This document shows, one piece after another, positions 19,060 to 29,942 of a DNA stretch of 64,000 nucleotides (position 1 is its first letter; each line of letters begins with the position of its first letter). The notes under the pieces were generated by a model. That model had not been told where the DNA came from. It did not search any database and saw nothing but the letters and a program-made list of their open reading frames with translations. Origin of the DNA: Candidatus Poseidoniia archaeon (lineage in GTDB: Archaea > Thermoplasmatota > Poseidoniia > MGIII > CG-Epi1); contig JAPYSW010000001.1 in assembly GCA_029936395.1 (NCBI GenBank), forward strand, positions 1,427-65,426. Direction: 5' to 3'. A program made the translations under genes and the position numbers.

Positions 19060-21774
19060 TTAAGAAATTAGCTTCTTAATTTCATTTAAGGCTTCCGAAA
19101 TTTTATCTGGTGAACAAGCACCTTGGGCATATGACTCTTTACCGCCACCACTACCTCCAACCGAAGATAATGCTAATTTGAGAAGTTTACCACAGTCTTG
19201 ATTGATTGAATCTGATTTTGCAAGAATTATCGTGCCTCTTTCACCTTTAAAACAACCTATTGCTGCCAATGTATCTTTCTTAGATGTAATTTGACGAACT
19301 AACTTTTGAACCTCACCAAAATCAGTTTCACCCATATCTTGTGAATAAAATACCAAATCCCCCATCTTTTCACCCTCTAAATCAGATGATTTTAATTCAG
19401 CTAGTTCGTTTTCGAGGGATGAAACTCGATTTCTAAGTTCTTTCCATTCTTTAACGAATTTTTGGGCTGCATGAGGTGCTTGATCTACAGGTACACCAAG
19501 CTCTTCGGCTGTATCTTCTAACAAAGCTCTTTCCTCTTGAGAGGCTTTAATTGCATCGGGACCTGCTGAGAATTCTATTCTTTCCACACCATCCTGTACC
19601 CGCTCTGTCCTCAAAACCTTGACGGCGATAACCTGAGAAGTAGAATGTACGTGAGTACCGGCACAAGCTTGAGCATCGATACCAGGTATTTCGACTACTC
19701 TAACATTTCTATATTTTGGAGCCCCACCTTGATATAATGTATCTCCATACTTACTATCTGCTTCTTCCCTACTATAAAACTCAGTATTAACGGGATGATT
19801 CCCTATTATTAGCTCATTAACTTTCGATTCTATTTTCTCGATAACTTCCCGCGTAATTCGTTTATGATGAGTGATATCTAATCTTGCTCTGTCAGGATAT
19901 TTAGACGTCCCAGCTTGCCATATGTGTGTTCCAAGGATTTTTCTGGATGCTGCGCCAATAAGATGAGTCGCTGTATGATGCCTACTTAATCCAGAACGAT
20001 GTAAATCATCAACTACTCCGGTGATAACAGTTCCAACTGGAGGCAGTGGGCCTTCTAAACTATGAACTACTACATCACCTACTTTCTTAGCATTAATCAT
20101 TTTGCTCTTGTTATTACCCCATTCAATGATCCCTATATCGCTTAATTGGCCACCACCTTCGGGATAAAATAAAGTATTTTCTAAGCAAACTTTATTAGAA
20201 GAAGAGTGTAATACTTTAGAGGTAAAGGTACGTTTCGCCATATCTTCATAAAAATCTAAATTGGTAGGCTTAATATCTATAAACTTTAAATTCTTTTCTT
20301 TTGCCTTTACATCACCTTGGTGCCTATCTGCCACCATGGCGAGAAAACCATCTGGAACGGTAATTGAATGGCCTTGGGCTTCAGCAAACTCACTTACAAC
20401 TGAAGGTGGTAATCCTTGTGAATCATAAAGCTCTAATAATTTATCTTGATTTATACCTCCTGAATCTAATGCCCGCTTAACTGTGCGTCTACCTCGTTCT
20501 AGTGTTTTATTAAAACGCATCATCTCTAAATCAATCATGTCAATTATATGGATTTTATTAGTTTTAAGTTCAGGATATGTTTTAGAGAAATTATCTATAT
20601 GGTGAGAAACTAAATCCGGCAATATTTCTGAAATGCCTAAATCTCTCAATAATAATACCGTTCTTCGAAGAATCATACGCGCCAGATAACCTGCTTTAAC
20701 ATTACTTGGAACTATTCCATCACTAAACATAAAAACTAAAGATCTACAATGGTCTATTATGGCGAAAATTTTTTCCAACGGTTCAATAATTGAAGTAAAC
20801 TCAGAAAGAGATAGCCTATGACCTAATACATTTAATCTATCAAGAACCTTTTGTCTTAACTCAGTTAAATCTGAACCATAATCTATTGATAAAACACCAC
20901 AAAGTTTAGCATTTTCAGTAATAAGCGAACTGGCATTTTCTAGTGTTTTTTCAAGATTAGTGCTCCGGGTCAAAAAGGACACTGCTTCCGGGAAAACTGC
21001 TTCGTAAATAGTTGAAGTCCCTTGAGAAGCCCAAACTAATCTTTCAAGACCATATCCCGTATCAACTATAGATCGAGACATTCTTCTAAATTTTATTCCT
21101 TTAAGTTCGATATCACCCTCAGGATCTTCTTCGAGGTCCATGAATACGAGGGTCGCCAACTCAAGACCACCTGCCAGAACTTCAAGTGCTTCACCTCCAT
21201 TTCCACCTCCAACCCATGGATTTTCTTTATACGTTATTTTGGAGCCGTCTAAACCAAGACTAGTGTACAGCTCATGACAAAGTTCAACTGTGTGATTCTG
21301 CCAATATATTTCTTCTTGTTCACTATTAAATGCATGATGAGCCATCATTTCAAATGTAGTTAAATGGCGGCCACTTCGCCCTACTGATTCCAAATCATTA
21401 AGACGTATACATGGTTGAGAGATAGTTAAGGGATTTGCTGGAGGTTTCGAAGAACCATTAGTAACATGTGGCTGAAAAACTGCAATCGAAGCTATTGACA
21501 AGTAAATATCATTACGCCAACGCGCAACTACTGAAGCCCTATCCACTCTTGTATGGCCTTTTTTCTCAAAAAAAGTTAAAAACGCCTCACGGGCCTCATC
21601 TAAATTCATTGGTTTAGAAAAAAGAGGTTGACCAATGAAAGAATACTCTACACACGGAGCATCACCGCAAAGCTCAACTTCTACAGTTGACCAAAAGAAA
21701 CATTTACACCTAGAGCATTTCTGCCTAGTAAAACCGGAGTCATGAAAGAAACTTAAGGAAAGACCGTCACCCAC
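19060..21774 (-). CDS. alaS: alanine--tRNA ligase (archaeal type)
   Basis: 904 aa. The archaeal N-terminus has GFTRQKCSRCKCFFWS, then a class II core, an editing-domain HxxxH region (HTATHLIG) and a C-terminal DHHA1-like region. Confidence 0.9.
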   Translation of the reverse strand: MGDGLSLSFFHDSGFTRQKCSRCKCFFWSTVEVELCGDAPCVEYSFIGQPLFSKPMNLDEAREAFLTFFEKKGHTRVDRASVVARWRNDIYLSIASIAVFQPHVTNGSSKPPANPLTISQPCIRLNDLESVGRSGRHLTTFEMMAHHAFNSEQEEIYWQNHTVELCHELYTSLGLDGSKITYKENPWVGGGNGGEALEVLAGGLELATLVFMDLEEDPEGDIELKGIKFRRMSRSIVDTGYGLERLVWASQGTSTIYEAVFPEAVSFLTRSTNLEKTLENASSLITENAKLCGVLSIDYGSDLTELRQKVLDRLNVLGHRLSLSEFTSIIEPLEKIFAIIDHCRSLVFMFSDGIVPSNVKAGYLARMILRRTVLLLRDLGISEILPDLVSHHIDNFSKTYPELKTNKIHIIDMIDLEMMRFNKTLERGRRTVKRALDSGGINQDKLLELYDSQGLPPSVVSEFAEAQGHSITVPDGFLAMVADRHQGDVKAKEKNLKFIDIKPTNLDFYEDMAKRTFTSKVLHSSSNKVCLENTLFYPEGGGQLSDIGIIEWGNNKSKMINAKKVGDVVVHSLEGPLPPVGTVITGVVDDLHRSGLSRHHTATHLIGAASRKILGTHIWQAGTSKYPDRARLDITHHKRITREVIEKIESKVNELIIGNHPVNTEFYSREEADSKYGDTLYQGGAPKYRNVRVVEIPGIDAQACAGTHVHSTSQVIAVKVLRTERVQDGVERIEFSAGPDAIKASQEERALLEDTAEELGVPVDQAPHAAQKFVKEWKELRNRVSSLENELAELKSSDLEGEKMGDLVFYSQDMGETDFGEVQKLVRQITSKKDTLAAIGCFKGERGTIILAKSDSINQDCGKLLKLALSSVGGSGGGKESYAQGACSPDKISEALNEIKKLIS

Positions 21775-21851
21775 AGGATGACATAGAGTGGGAACTTAAA
21801 AACTGCCGAAGGCATAACCATTAATGATGGTTTGACAAATGAGGGAACTAT

Positions 21852-24188
21852 ATGGCGTCAAATGAAGCTCACAAATCATACGTTTCGGCAAGTACAATCT
21901 TACCTGAAATAACCACGCAAGGGATAATTCTAGCTATTGTTTTAGGGATGTTATTAACTGCTGCAAATGTTTACTTGGGCCTCTATGTAGGTATGACTGT
22001 TAGCGCCTCAATACCTGCAGCTGTAATTTCAATGGCAGTTCTAAGAAGCCTAGCTAAGGCAAATATATCTAAAGGAACGAATATTCTAGAAAATAATTGG
22101 GTTCAAACTGCAGTCTCCTCAGGGGAGTCTTTAGCAGCAGGTGTGATTTTTACATTACCTGCACTTTTAGTAATGAACCAAACCAGTAATGGGGAGGTAG
22201 GATGGGCTGAATTTCCTTATCTTGAAACTGTTGTTATCGCCTTAGTTGGAGGCACAATAGGTGTACTTTTTTCAATAAGCTTAAGAAGGATTTTTATTGT
22301 TAAAGAAGAATTGCCATATCCTGAAGGTGTAGCCTGTGCTGAAGTTTTAGTTGCTGGGGAAAAAGGCGGATCACAAGTAATGCCTGTTTTTGTTGGTATT
22401 GCTTTTGGAGCATTATACAAAATGTTTTCTTCATTAATGGTAACTGTAGATAATTCAGTTAAACAAGTTAGTATTGGCCTTTGGGAACATGGTTGGCAAA
22501 GTTTTTACACACTGGGGGGGAAACTCAATGAATCTGCTGCATACGCTAAGTCTAAGACTACTTTTTACTTAGGTGCTGAATTATCACCAGCTTTACTTGG
22601 TGTTGGATATATTGTAGGGCCAGCTATAGCTAGTTTCGTATTTTTTGGAGGTCTCTTAGGAGCTATTGTAATAATGCCAATTGCCAGTGCATTGCTTAAT
22701 CCTACTGATGCATTCATAGAACAAATTACTACTGCTGCAATGAATGGTGAGGTCATTAATTATGGAGATTATGCAAATCATATTAATGGTCGAAGAAGAA
22801 TGGTTGGTGTTGGAACTATGCTAGTTGGTGGATTGTACACACTAGTTATTATGCGAGAGTCTTTAATGAAAGGCATTACTGAAATGATTGAAGCTACAAA
22901 ATCTACAGTATCTACAAAAAATGGGACACTAAGAACCGATGAAGACTTACCTGCCAAATCAATAGCTATAACTAGTGCAGTAATGGCAATTCCTATGTTT
23001 TTTATGGTATGGATTATTTCAGGATTATTATTACCTGCCATATTATCATTAATTATTATTTTTACAGCTGGATTTCTATTTGCTGCCGTAGCCGGATACA
23101 TGGCCGGGATAGTTGGCAGTAGCAATAATCCACTATCTGGCGTTACAATAATTGTAGTGATTTTGACTGCCACGATTTTTGCATTACTAAACAGTCTAGT
23201 TTATGGTGGAGAACGTACTCAAGAATTGCAAGTTGCAGTTATTGGAGTCGCTGCATTCGTAGCTTGTGCTGGGGCCATATCTGGAGATAATTTACAAGAC
23301 CTAAAAACGGGATATATATTGGGTGCAACTCCTTGGAAACAGCAAATTGGACAAATCGTAGGTATAGCTGCAGGTGCCTTAGTAATTCCTCTTGTTTTAA
23401 ATTTATTATCTGATCAAATTTTGAATGGAGATTTAGAAGCACCGCAAGCCTTTCTGATGGCTAGTATAACTAATGGGATTCTTGGTGGAGGAATGGATTG
23501 GTCCATGGTTTACATGGGTGCTGGAATTGCCTTTTGTCTTATAGCTCTTAGGCATCCTGAACATTACATCAATATTCTTATCTGCGCATATGTCTTATTT
23601 TTAATCGGAGGATTTTTAGAAGAAGCTATTCCTGCATTTTTATTCTCTGGAAGTTTATTAATTGCAGCTGCACAAGGATGGATTAAAGAAAAAGGCGGCC
23701 TAAACATCTCCATAATGGCTGTAGCAGTAGGAATGTATCTCAGCTTAAAAATGACAATACCTATTTTTGTTGGAGGAATGATAAAAATGTATATAGACGG
23801 TAAATTTGATAAACCTCTAAAGAAAATAAGACCTGAATTGTACAAAGAAGGGGAAGAAGAATTATTGGCTGAAGAAAAAGAGAAGTTACATGGGCCTGGT
23901 ATTTTATTCGCTTCTGGTTTAATTGCGGGTGAGGCAATTATGGGAATTGGCTTGGCTGGAATGGCTGTTTCGGGAATTTATCTAGGAATTACAAATAACC
24001 CTTCAATTTATCCTGGCCTACTCGCTTTCAGTTTTGGAGCAATGATTATGGCAACATTTAGCTTAAGACAAATGAAAGATGACGATTTTGGCAAAGTTGA
24101 AGAATGGAATTTTAATGAAGACATACAAGAAGCTGAAATGATAGAAGATATTCCAAAAAGGAAAACTAGAAAAAAGACAAAAAAATAA
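21852..24188 (+). CDS. OPT-family oligopeptide transporter
   Basis: 778 aa with about 16 TM segments. The N-terminal LPEITTQGIILAIVLGMLLTAANVYLGLYVGMTVSASIPAAVISMA is the OPT signature. Confidence 0.85.
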   Translation: MASNEAHKSYVSASTILPEITTQGIILAIVLGMLLTAANVYLGLYVGMTVSASIPAAVISMAVLRSLAKANISKGTNILENNWVQTAVSSGESLAAGVIFTLPALLVMNQTSNGEVGWAEFPYLETVVIALVGGTIGVLFSISLRRIFIVKEELPYPEGVACAEVLVAGEKGGSQVMPVFVGIAFGALYKMFSSLMVTVDNSVKQVSIGLWEHGWQSFYTLGGKLNESAAYAKSKTTFYLGAELSPALLGVGYIVGPAIASFVFFGGLLGAIVIMPIASALLNPTDAFIEQITTAAMNGEVINYGDYANHINGRRRMVGVGTMLVGGLYTLVIMRESLMKGITEMIEATKSTVSTKNGTLRTDEDLPAKSIAITSAVMAIPMFFMVWIISGLLLPAILSLIIIFTAGFLFAAVAGYMAGIVGSSNNPLSGVTIIVVILTATIFALLNSLVYGGERTQELQVAVIGVAAFVACAGAISGDNLQDLKTGYILGATPWKQQIGQIVGIAAGALVIPLVLNLLSDQILNGDLEAPQAFLMASITNGILGGGMDWSMVYMGAGIAFCLIALRHPEHYINILICAYVLFLIGGFLEEAIPAFLFSGSLLIAAAQGWIKEKGGLNISIMAVAVGMYLSLKMTIPIFVGGMIKMYIDGKFDKPLKKIRPELYKEGEEELLAEEKEKLHGPGILFASGLIAGEAIMGIGLAGMAVSGIYLGITNNPSIYPGLLAFSFGAMIMATFSLRQMKDDDFGKVEEWNFNEDIQEAEMIEDIPKRKTRKKTKK

Positions 24189-24204
24189 TAGTGAGATTTA
24201 AAGA

Positions 24205-24771
24205 TTGGTTGAAAGAAATTTTGTAGTAATTGGCCATCGAGCGCATACGACCGCAGATTGGAAATTAGATGACCTATGTGGTGGTGCTGGAAGACTTGAT
24301 GTTCTTGTAAGATGTGTTACTGCTTCTCTTTGGAAATCTCATGGAATAAGAAAAGATACCGATGTTTGGCTAATTCTCAATGGCCCTCCAAATGCTCCGA
24401 TAACCGTTCATTTTAGTGGCGAAAAAATACGTTATCTTAACCCAGATGAACGTTCAACGGCAGCCCTAATTCGTAATGGATTAATCAAATATAAAAAACA
24501 GACTAAGGCCTTGGAAACCAGCCCCGGAATAACTATGGAAAAAATAGGGTTAGAAGAAATTTTGATGAGGCTACCTAGACCGGTGCTTTTGAATGAAAAT
24601 GGAGAAGATAAAATCAATAATTCAGGTACATTTATACTTGGAGATGATAAAGACCCCACTAAAACTGAAATGGAAATATTAGATAAATTACCTAAAATAA
24701 ATTTAGGAAAAGAAAGTTTGCTTAGTTCAGCCTGCATAACATTAATACATCATCGCCTAGACGAAAAATAG
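24205..24771 (+). CDS. trmY: tRNA (pseudouridine54-N1)-methyltransferase TrmY
   Basis: 188 aa. CGGAGRLDVLVRCVTASLW.SHGIRKD...NPDERSTAALIRNGL matches the archaeal TrmY/DUF358 SPOUT family. Confidence 0.8.
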   Translation: MVERNFVVIGHRAHTTADWKLDDLCGGAGRLDVLVRCVTASLWKSHGIRKDTDVWLILNGPPNAPITVHFSGEKIRYLNPDERSTAALIRNGLIKYKKQTKALETSPGITMEKIGLEEILMRLPRPVLLNENGEDKINNSGTFILGDDKDPTKTEMEILDKLPKINLGKESLLSSACITLIHHRLDEK

Positions 24772-24772
24772 C

Positions 24773-25729
24773 ATGGAAGCTATAATTCTAGTAGGGGGAT
24801 TTGGGACCAGACTTAGACCCTTAACTCATACAGTTCCAAAACCATTACTTCCTCTAGCAAATATCCCAATGGTAGAGCGTATGATTCGGAATTTACCTGA
24901 AGTGTTTGACACTGCCATTTTAGCAGTCAATTATGGTTTAAAAGATATGAAAGAATATTTTAAAGGAAGGGACGTCGGAAAGAAAGTTGTACTTGTTCCA
25001 GAAGATGAACCATTAGGGACTGGAGGTGCAATGCGAAACTGCATTGATTATGTTACAGGTACTACTGCAGTATTCAATGGAGATATAGTAAGTTCTATAG
25101 ACTTAAATAAAATGTTAGAACAACATATAAGAACCAAAGCTAAAGGAACGCTTGCATTATGGAAAGTTGCAGATCCAAACCGATTTGGTGTTGTTGAATT
25201 TAAAAATGGAGAAATATTGCAATTTCAGGAGAAGCCCGAGAAAGGGACCGAATTATCAAACCTAATTAATGCTGGAACCTATCTATTGGAACCTGAAATA
25301 TTAGAGATGATACCTCCCAAACAAAAAATTTCTATTGAAAGAGAAATATATCCTAAAGTTGCCGGAGAGGGGTTACATGGTTTTCCGTTTGAAGGATACT
25401 TTATCGATGCTGGAACACCGGAATCCTATCTTGAAGCAAATTTCAAATCAATCGGAAATAATGGAACTGCAGCCCACACTGGAGCAAATATACGAGGCTC
25501 TGTCATGATACACGAAAATGCAAAATTAGAACATTGTATCATTGGGCCCAAGGCAATTATTGGACCTAATGTTAAGCTTGAGAAATGTATAATTAGAAAC
25601 TCGGTGATTCTTTCTGATGTCAATGGCTATGGTAGTGTTGTAGAAGAAAGCATTATAGGGCCAAACATAAAATTTGAAGAGGATGTGAACCGAAGTTTAA
25701 TATCCCCTAAAGGTCAAATAACATTTTAG
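24773..25729 (+). CDS. Sugar-phosphate nucleotidyltransferase with C-terminal left-handed beta-helix (GDP-mannose/NDP-sugar pyrophosphorylase-like)
   Basis: 318 aa. It has the N-terminal signature MEAIILVGGFGTRLRPLT and C-terminal hexapeptide repeats. Confidence 0.8.
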   Translation: MEAIILVGGFGTRLRPLTHTVPKPLLPLANIPMVERMIRNLPEVFDTAILAVNYGLKDMKEYFKGRDVGKKVVLVPEDEPLGTGGAMRNCIDYVTGTTAVFNGDIVSSIDLNKMLEQHIRTKAKGTLALWKVADPNRFGVVEFKNGEILQFQEKPEKGTELSNLINAGTYLLEPEILEMIPPKQKISIEREIYPKVAGEGLHGFPFEGYFIDAGTPESYLEANFKSIGNNGTAAHTGANIRGSVMIHENAKLEHCIIGPKAIIGPNVKLEKCIIRNSVILSDVNGYGSVVEESIIGPNIKFEEDVNRSLISPKGQITF

Positions 25730-25736
25730 ATTAATT

Positions 25737-26378
25737 ATGCCACTTAAAATTATTCAAATCCCAGTTGGACCATTGGTAATGAATGCTACACTAGTAATGG
25801 ATATAGAAAGTAAAGAAACTATATTTTTTGATCCAGGTGATGAAATTGAAAATATATTAAAAGTTGCTAAATCTGAAAACATGAATATTGTTAGACTAAT
25901 AGCAACTCACTGTCATGTGGATCATATTGCTGGAGCAAAACTTGCAATTGAAAAATTGAGATTGCCTCTTGAAATATGTCCTTTAGGAAAAGAAATGCTC
26001 GGAAGCGTAGGTCCAATTGCTGCAGCGTTCGGATATATAGCCTCTGAAATCAAAGAAGGTGGATATCTTAATGAAGGAGATATTGTAAACATTGGTGAAA
26101 CTAAATTTCGTATTTTACATTGTCCCGGACATAGCCCCGATTCACTCTGTTTTTACACAGATGGAGTTTTGATAGGAGGTGATGTTATCTTTAAAGGTAG
26201 TCTGGGAAGAACTGATTTACCTGGCGGGAATACTGAACAATTAATGAATTCTATTACTGAAAAAATCTATTTATTACCTGACGAAACCACTATTTATTCA
26301 GGACATGGCCCTAAAACCATATTAGGAATAGAAAAGAAACAAAATCCTTATCTTAATGGGACATTGAGACTAGCATAG
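25737..26378 (+). CDS. Metallo-beta-lactamase-fold hydrolase (glyoxalase II-like)
   Basis: 213 aa with the HCHVDHIAG (HxHxDH) motif, and downstream His/Asp ligands. Confidence 0.7.
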   Translation: MPLKIIQIPVGPLVMNATLVMDIESKETIFFDPGDEIENILKVAKSENMNIVRLIATHCHVDHIAGAKLAIEKLRLPLEICPLGKEMLGSVGPIAAAFGYIASEIKEGGYLNEGDIVNIGETKFRILHCPGHSPDSLCFYTDGVLIGGDVIFKGSLGRTDLPGGNTEQLMNSITEKIYLLPDETTIYSGHGPKTILGIEKKQNPYLNGTLRLA

Positions 26379-26412
26379 TAATGTTTATATCGATTTCATA
26401 ATTAAGGTAAAA

Positions 26413-27900
26413 TTGATGAGCTATGAGAAATATAATGAAAAAGTAAAAAAAATCTCAGAATCCATCAAATTAAATAAGAAATTAATTACTACAAATCGGA
26501 AAGGACATAATTACAGAGATTTGAAATTTAAAAAGAATCAAAACCGAATTGATACTGGAAATCTAACAAATATACTTTCAATAGATGGCAAATATATTGA
26601 TTGTGAATCTGCAGTAACTATAGGTAAAGTGAACCGGGCAACAATTCCAAGGAAAAAAATAATCCCCTCTCTACCAGAAGGAGATAATTTTACAGTAGGG
26701 GGATGTCTTGCTGGATTAGGTTTAGGATCAAGTTCATACATTCATGGTTTTTTTAATGATAATGTAATCGATTTTGATATTGTCCTAGGCAACGGCGAGA
26801 TAATGAAAAATGTTTCAAAGTTGAAAAATCCTGATCTATATTATGGAATCGGAGGAACTTACGGCACGATGGGGATTATCACAAGGGTCAAAACAAAATT
26901 AGTTTCCTGTGAAAAATATGTTAAAGTAAATTACTTTCATTATGACTCATTCGAGAACTTCTATGAAGAATTTCAAAGAAAAATTAAGAAGAAGAATGAC
27001 GACTTCATTGAAGCTTTTCAGAATAAAAAAGAAGATTATACTATCGTAACTGCAAATTTTATCAGCGATGTAAATCCTAATGATGTTTCAGTCATAAAAG
27101 ATAAAGATATTTTAAAACAGCGTCACATGTGTATTTATGCACAAATCGCAAAGAAAAAGAAATCGAGTTATTTGAGATTACTGGACTACTTAGAACGATA
27201 TAGTTATTCTGCTTTTTGGGGACATTATCTATACTCTCCTTATAAGATTAGAGATTATATTTATGCTGGATTGATGTATTCACTGATACCTAAGAAAATA
27301 TTAGACGCATCTCCAGGCCATGGGAAGTATAATATTTCTAAATATTTTCATGCTGCCAATCGTATAGTTGGAGATTATACTAGAGATGAATACGTTATTG
27401 CTACAGATATTGGAGTGCCACTATCAAAATTAAAAGGTGCGATAGATTTAGCAGATGAAATGACAGGGACATACCCTCGCTGGTTATGCCCAATAATAGA
27501 CAATCATAATCCGGAAAAAATATTTTGTACAAGAAAGACTGATATTTGTAAAGATGATATCATTATTGATTTAGGAATATACGGAATTAAAAACACCAAT
27601 AACAAGTCAAAGAGAATAAATCAAGCATTTGAAAAATTTTCTTTTGATAACGGTATTTTCAAAGGTTTTTTTTCTACTTGTTATTTTACTTATGATGATT
27701 TTTGGAAACAATTTGATAAACAAAAATATGAAAATATTAGGAAAAAATATCATGCTGATAAGAACTTTATGGATATATATGATAAGATAAACTATCGAAA
27801 TAAAGTAAAAAACGGAAATTTAAGAAGCAAACTATTCACTTTCTTTGGAAAGAAATACTTGAGACAAATTAATAAAAATAAGGATACATTAATTAAATAA
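26413..27900 (+). CDS. DHCR24/Diminuto-like FAD-linked oxidoreductase
   Basis: 495 aa. TVGGCLAGLGLGSSSYIHGFF...IVLGNGE...PDLYYGIGGTYGTMGIITRVKTKLV...KYVKVNY aligns block-for-block with the delta24-sterol reductase FAD-binding region. The gene is very Lys/Asn/Tyr/Ile-rich. Confidence 0.55.
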   Translation: MMSYEKYNEKVKKISESIKLNKKLITTNRKGHNYRDLKFKKNQNRIDTGNLTNILSIDGKYIDCESAVTIGKVNRATIPRKKIIPSLPEGDNFTVGGCLAGLGLGSSSYIHGFFNDNVIDFDIVLGNGEIMKNVSKLKNPDLYYGIGGTYGTMGIITRVKTKLVSCEKYVKVNYFHYDSFENFYEEFQRKIKKKNDDFIEAFQNKKEDYTIVTANFISDVNPNDVSVIKDKDILKQRHMCIYAQIAKKKKSSYLRLLDYLERYSYSAFWGHYLYSPYKIRDYIYAGLMYSLIPKKILDASPGHGKYNISKYFHAANRIVGDYTRDEYVIATDIGVPLSKLKGAIDLADEMTGTYPRWLCPIIDNHNPEKIFCTRKTDICKDDIIIDLGIYGIKNTNNKSKRINQAFEKFSFDNGIFKGFFSTCYFTYDDFWKQFDKQKYENIRKKYHADKNFMDIYDKINYRNKVKNGNLRSKLFTFFGKKYLRQINKNKDTLIK

Positions 27901-27903
27901 GAT

Positions 27904-28512
27904 ATGAAAACATTAATAGTAGGAAATAGGCCACTAAATAGTAATATAATTGATTTAGCAAAGGATAAACTCGTAATTGCAGCAGATGGAGGGGCTGATC
28001 GATTATTAAAACACAATATTATGCCTGATTACATAATTGGAGATTTAGATTCGATATCTGATAAAAATGCGACAAAACTAGAAGAATGGATTGTTTCAAA
28101 TAAAAATATTCAAAAAACAGATTTAGAAAAAGCAGTTGATTATGCAATTGAAAAGGGTTCAACTGATATTCAGATAGTTGGATGGTCTGGTGGTAGAATA
28201 GACCATACCTTGGCAGCATTAGGTTTAGTATTTAACTCTAAAATTAGTCTTATTGATGAACACTTTACAATACAAGCTATTCTCGATTCAAAACAAATAG
28301 AAGGTGCTGAGAATACCTTATTTTCACTCATTGCAATGCCTGAGGCTCGCGTTAGCGTTACAGGAGCAAGATGGAATCTTCAACATGAAAAATTAACCAT
28401 GGGAGGGAGAGGCGTGCATAATGAAATAGGACCTACCGGAACTGTAACTATCGATTGTCATAGCGGAAATCTACTACTAATTCAAGGTAATTTTGTATTG
28501 CCTCACGATTGA
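27904..28512 (+). CDS. thiamine pyrophosphokinase
   Basis: 202 aa. ...LVIAADGGADRL...PDYIIGDLDSIS is the TPK catalytic signature, with a C-terminal thiamin-binding beta-domain. Confidence 0.75.
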   Translation: MKTLIVGNRPLNSNIIDLAKDKLVIAADGGADRLLKHNIMPDYIIGDLDSISDKNATKLEEWIVSNKNIQKTDLEKAVDYAIEKGSTDIQIVGWSGGRIDHTLAALGLVFNSKISLIDEHFTIQAILDSKQIEGAENTLFSLIAMPEARVSVTGARWNLQHEKLTMGGRGVHNEIGPTGTVTIDCHSGNLLLIQGNFVLPHD

Positions 28513-29942
28513 CTATTTTCTATCTCAGAAACTAGAAAAGTCATTAAGGCTGAACCAAGAAGTGCAGATACAAATACCTCAAGATTGGCTAGGTCAACCT
28601 CATTAACGGGATTTGTCAGATAATCTATTCCAGTTTGTAAATCTGAAGTGTAAGTACCATAAATCACTACTGAAAGCAATCCAAAAATAGATCCGGCCAA
28701 ACCTCCATTGGCGGTAACTCTATTAGATAAGGATAAGAAAATCGGAAGTACTGTCGCTGCTGCAAACAAATCGGCCACCAAAAAAATTCTGAAAACACTT
28801 AATGCATCTTCGGAATAATACCATGCCAATATAATTGCAATTGGAGCTATAGCAATTACGCCATATCGGGTCTGTTGGATATCAAACTTAGAATCTGTTA
28901 AATCTCTAGAAACCACGGCAATAACTGCATTTTGAAGTGTATCTATACTAGAACAAACTAAAGCTACACCGAGAACTAATAACATAGCCAATATTGGTTC
29001 TGGGTAATCATGAATTAGTTCAAAAAATGCAATAGAAGGATCAATAATAGCCCCTCGACCAGCAGTGACTGTCCCTAAAAAACCAAATAGTAATACTGCA
29101 ATAAAACAAAGAACTGAGGCCATAATTGCCCCTTTCTGTAAAGCTTTATCATCTTTTGAAGCCCAAGTGCGCTGCCAATTACCCTGTGAAAACATTTCTG
29201 CAGCAGTTATTGCTAATACCAGTGCTAAACCTGCTTTAAATGTTGAATAATCACTAATACTTCCATGGTGCCATCCTGATTCAATATCTTCGGGAGTGTA
29301 GGCTCTAGCATCATCAATGGAACTACCAATACCTTCATTGAGAATAAGTAAAATAATACAAATTATCAACCAAATTATGAATAATGACTGTATGCGATCA
29401 GTCTTAATTGAAACAGGTAGACCACCAATTACTGTGTAAAAAGTTGTAACGACTGCAACACAAACTATAGGAACTAAAAAATCAATTCCCGATAAAAATT
29501 CAACGGCACGTCCAATTGCAATATACTCTGCAAACATAAATGTAAACATATAAATTATAGAAATTATACCTACATAAATTTGCATTGGGCGACCCATTTT
29601 CTGACGAACAAAATCTGCAAGAGTCACACCATCGGGAGTTAATCTACGAATTATAGGACCTAAATAAGCTAATAAAAGAAATGGAGTGGCTGAAGATAAA
29701 GCATACCCAAATACATCATAGAATCCACCATAATACCCAACTTCTGAAGGGCTAAAGAGAATCCATATCCCCATCCCAGAAGCAAACAAACTAAGTCCAA
29801 TCATTATCCAATTTTGACTACCGCGAGCTGATAAAAAATAGTCATTATCTAATTCATTTTCTGAAGACTCTCGATAACCTAGCCAAGCAAAAAAAGCTAA
29901 TGAACTGAACAATAAGATATAAGCAATACTTGAAGATATCAT
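28503..29942 (-). CDS. Sodium:solute symporter family transporter (ThiV-like candidate)
   Basis: 479 aa with about 13 TM segments and SSS topology. It is co-oriented with, and 4-nt overlapped by, the upstream ThiR-like gene. Confidence 0.75.
   Translation of the reverse strand: MISSSIAYILLFSSLAFFAWLGYRESSENELDNDYFLSARGSQNWIMIGLSLFASGMGIWILFSPSEVGYYGGFYDVFGYALSSATPFLLLAYLGPIIRRLTPDGVTLADFVRQKMGRPMQIYVGIISIIYMFTFMFAEYIAIGRAVEFLSGIDFLVPIVCVAVVTTFYTVIGGLPVSIKTDRIQSLFIIWLIICIILLILNEGIGSSIDDARAYTPEDIESGWHHGSISDYSTFKAGLALVLAITAAEMFSQGNWQRTWASKDDKALQKGAIMASVLCFIAVLLFGFLGTVTAGRGAIIDPSIAFFELIHDYPEPILAMLLVLGVALVCSSIDTLQNAVIAVVSRDLTDSKFDIQQTRYGVIAIAPIAIILAWYYSEDALSVFRIFLVADLFAAATVLPIFLSLSNRVTANGGLAGSIFGLLSVVIYGTYTSDLQTGIDYLTNPVNEVDLANLEVFVSALLGSALMTFLVSEIENSQS

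Noticed and set aside
22217-23845. Five minus-strand ORFs (60-131 aa) inside the OPT transporter gene
   Set aside because: They are antisense shadows of a 778-aa gene with continuous transporter topology.
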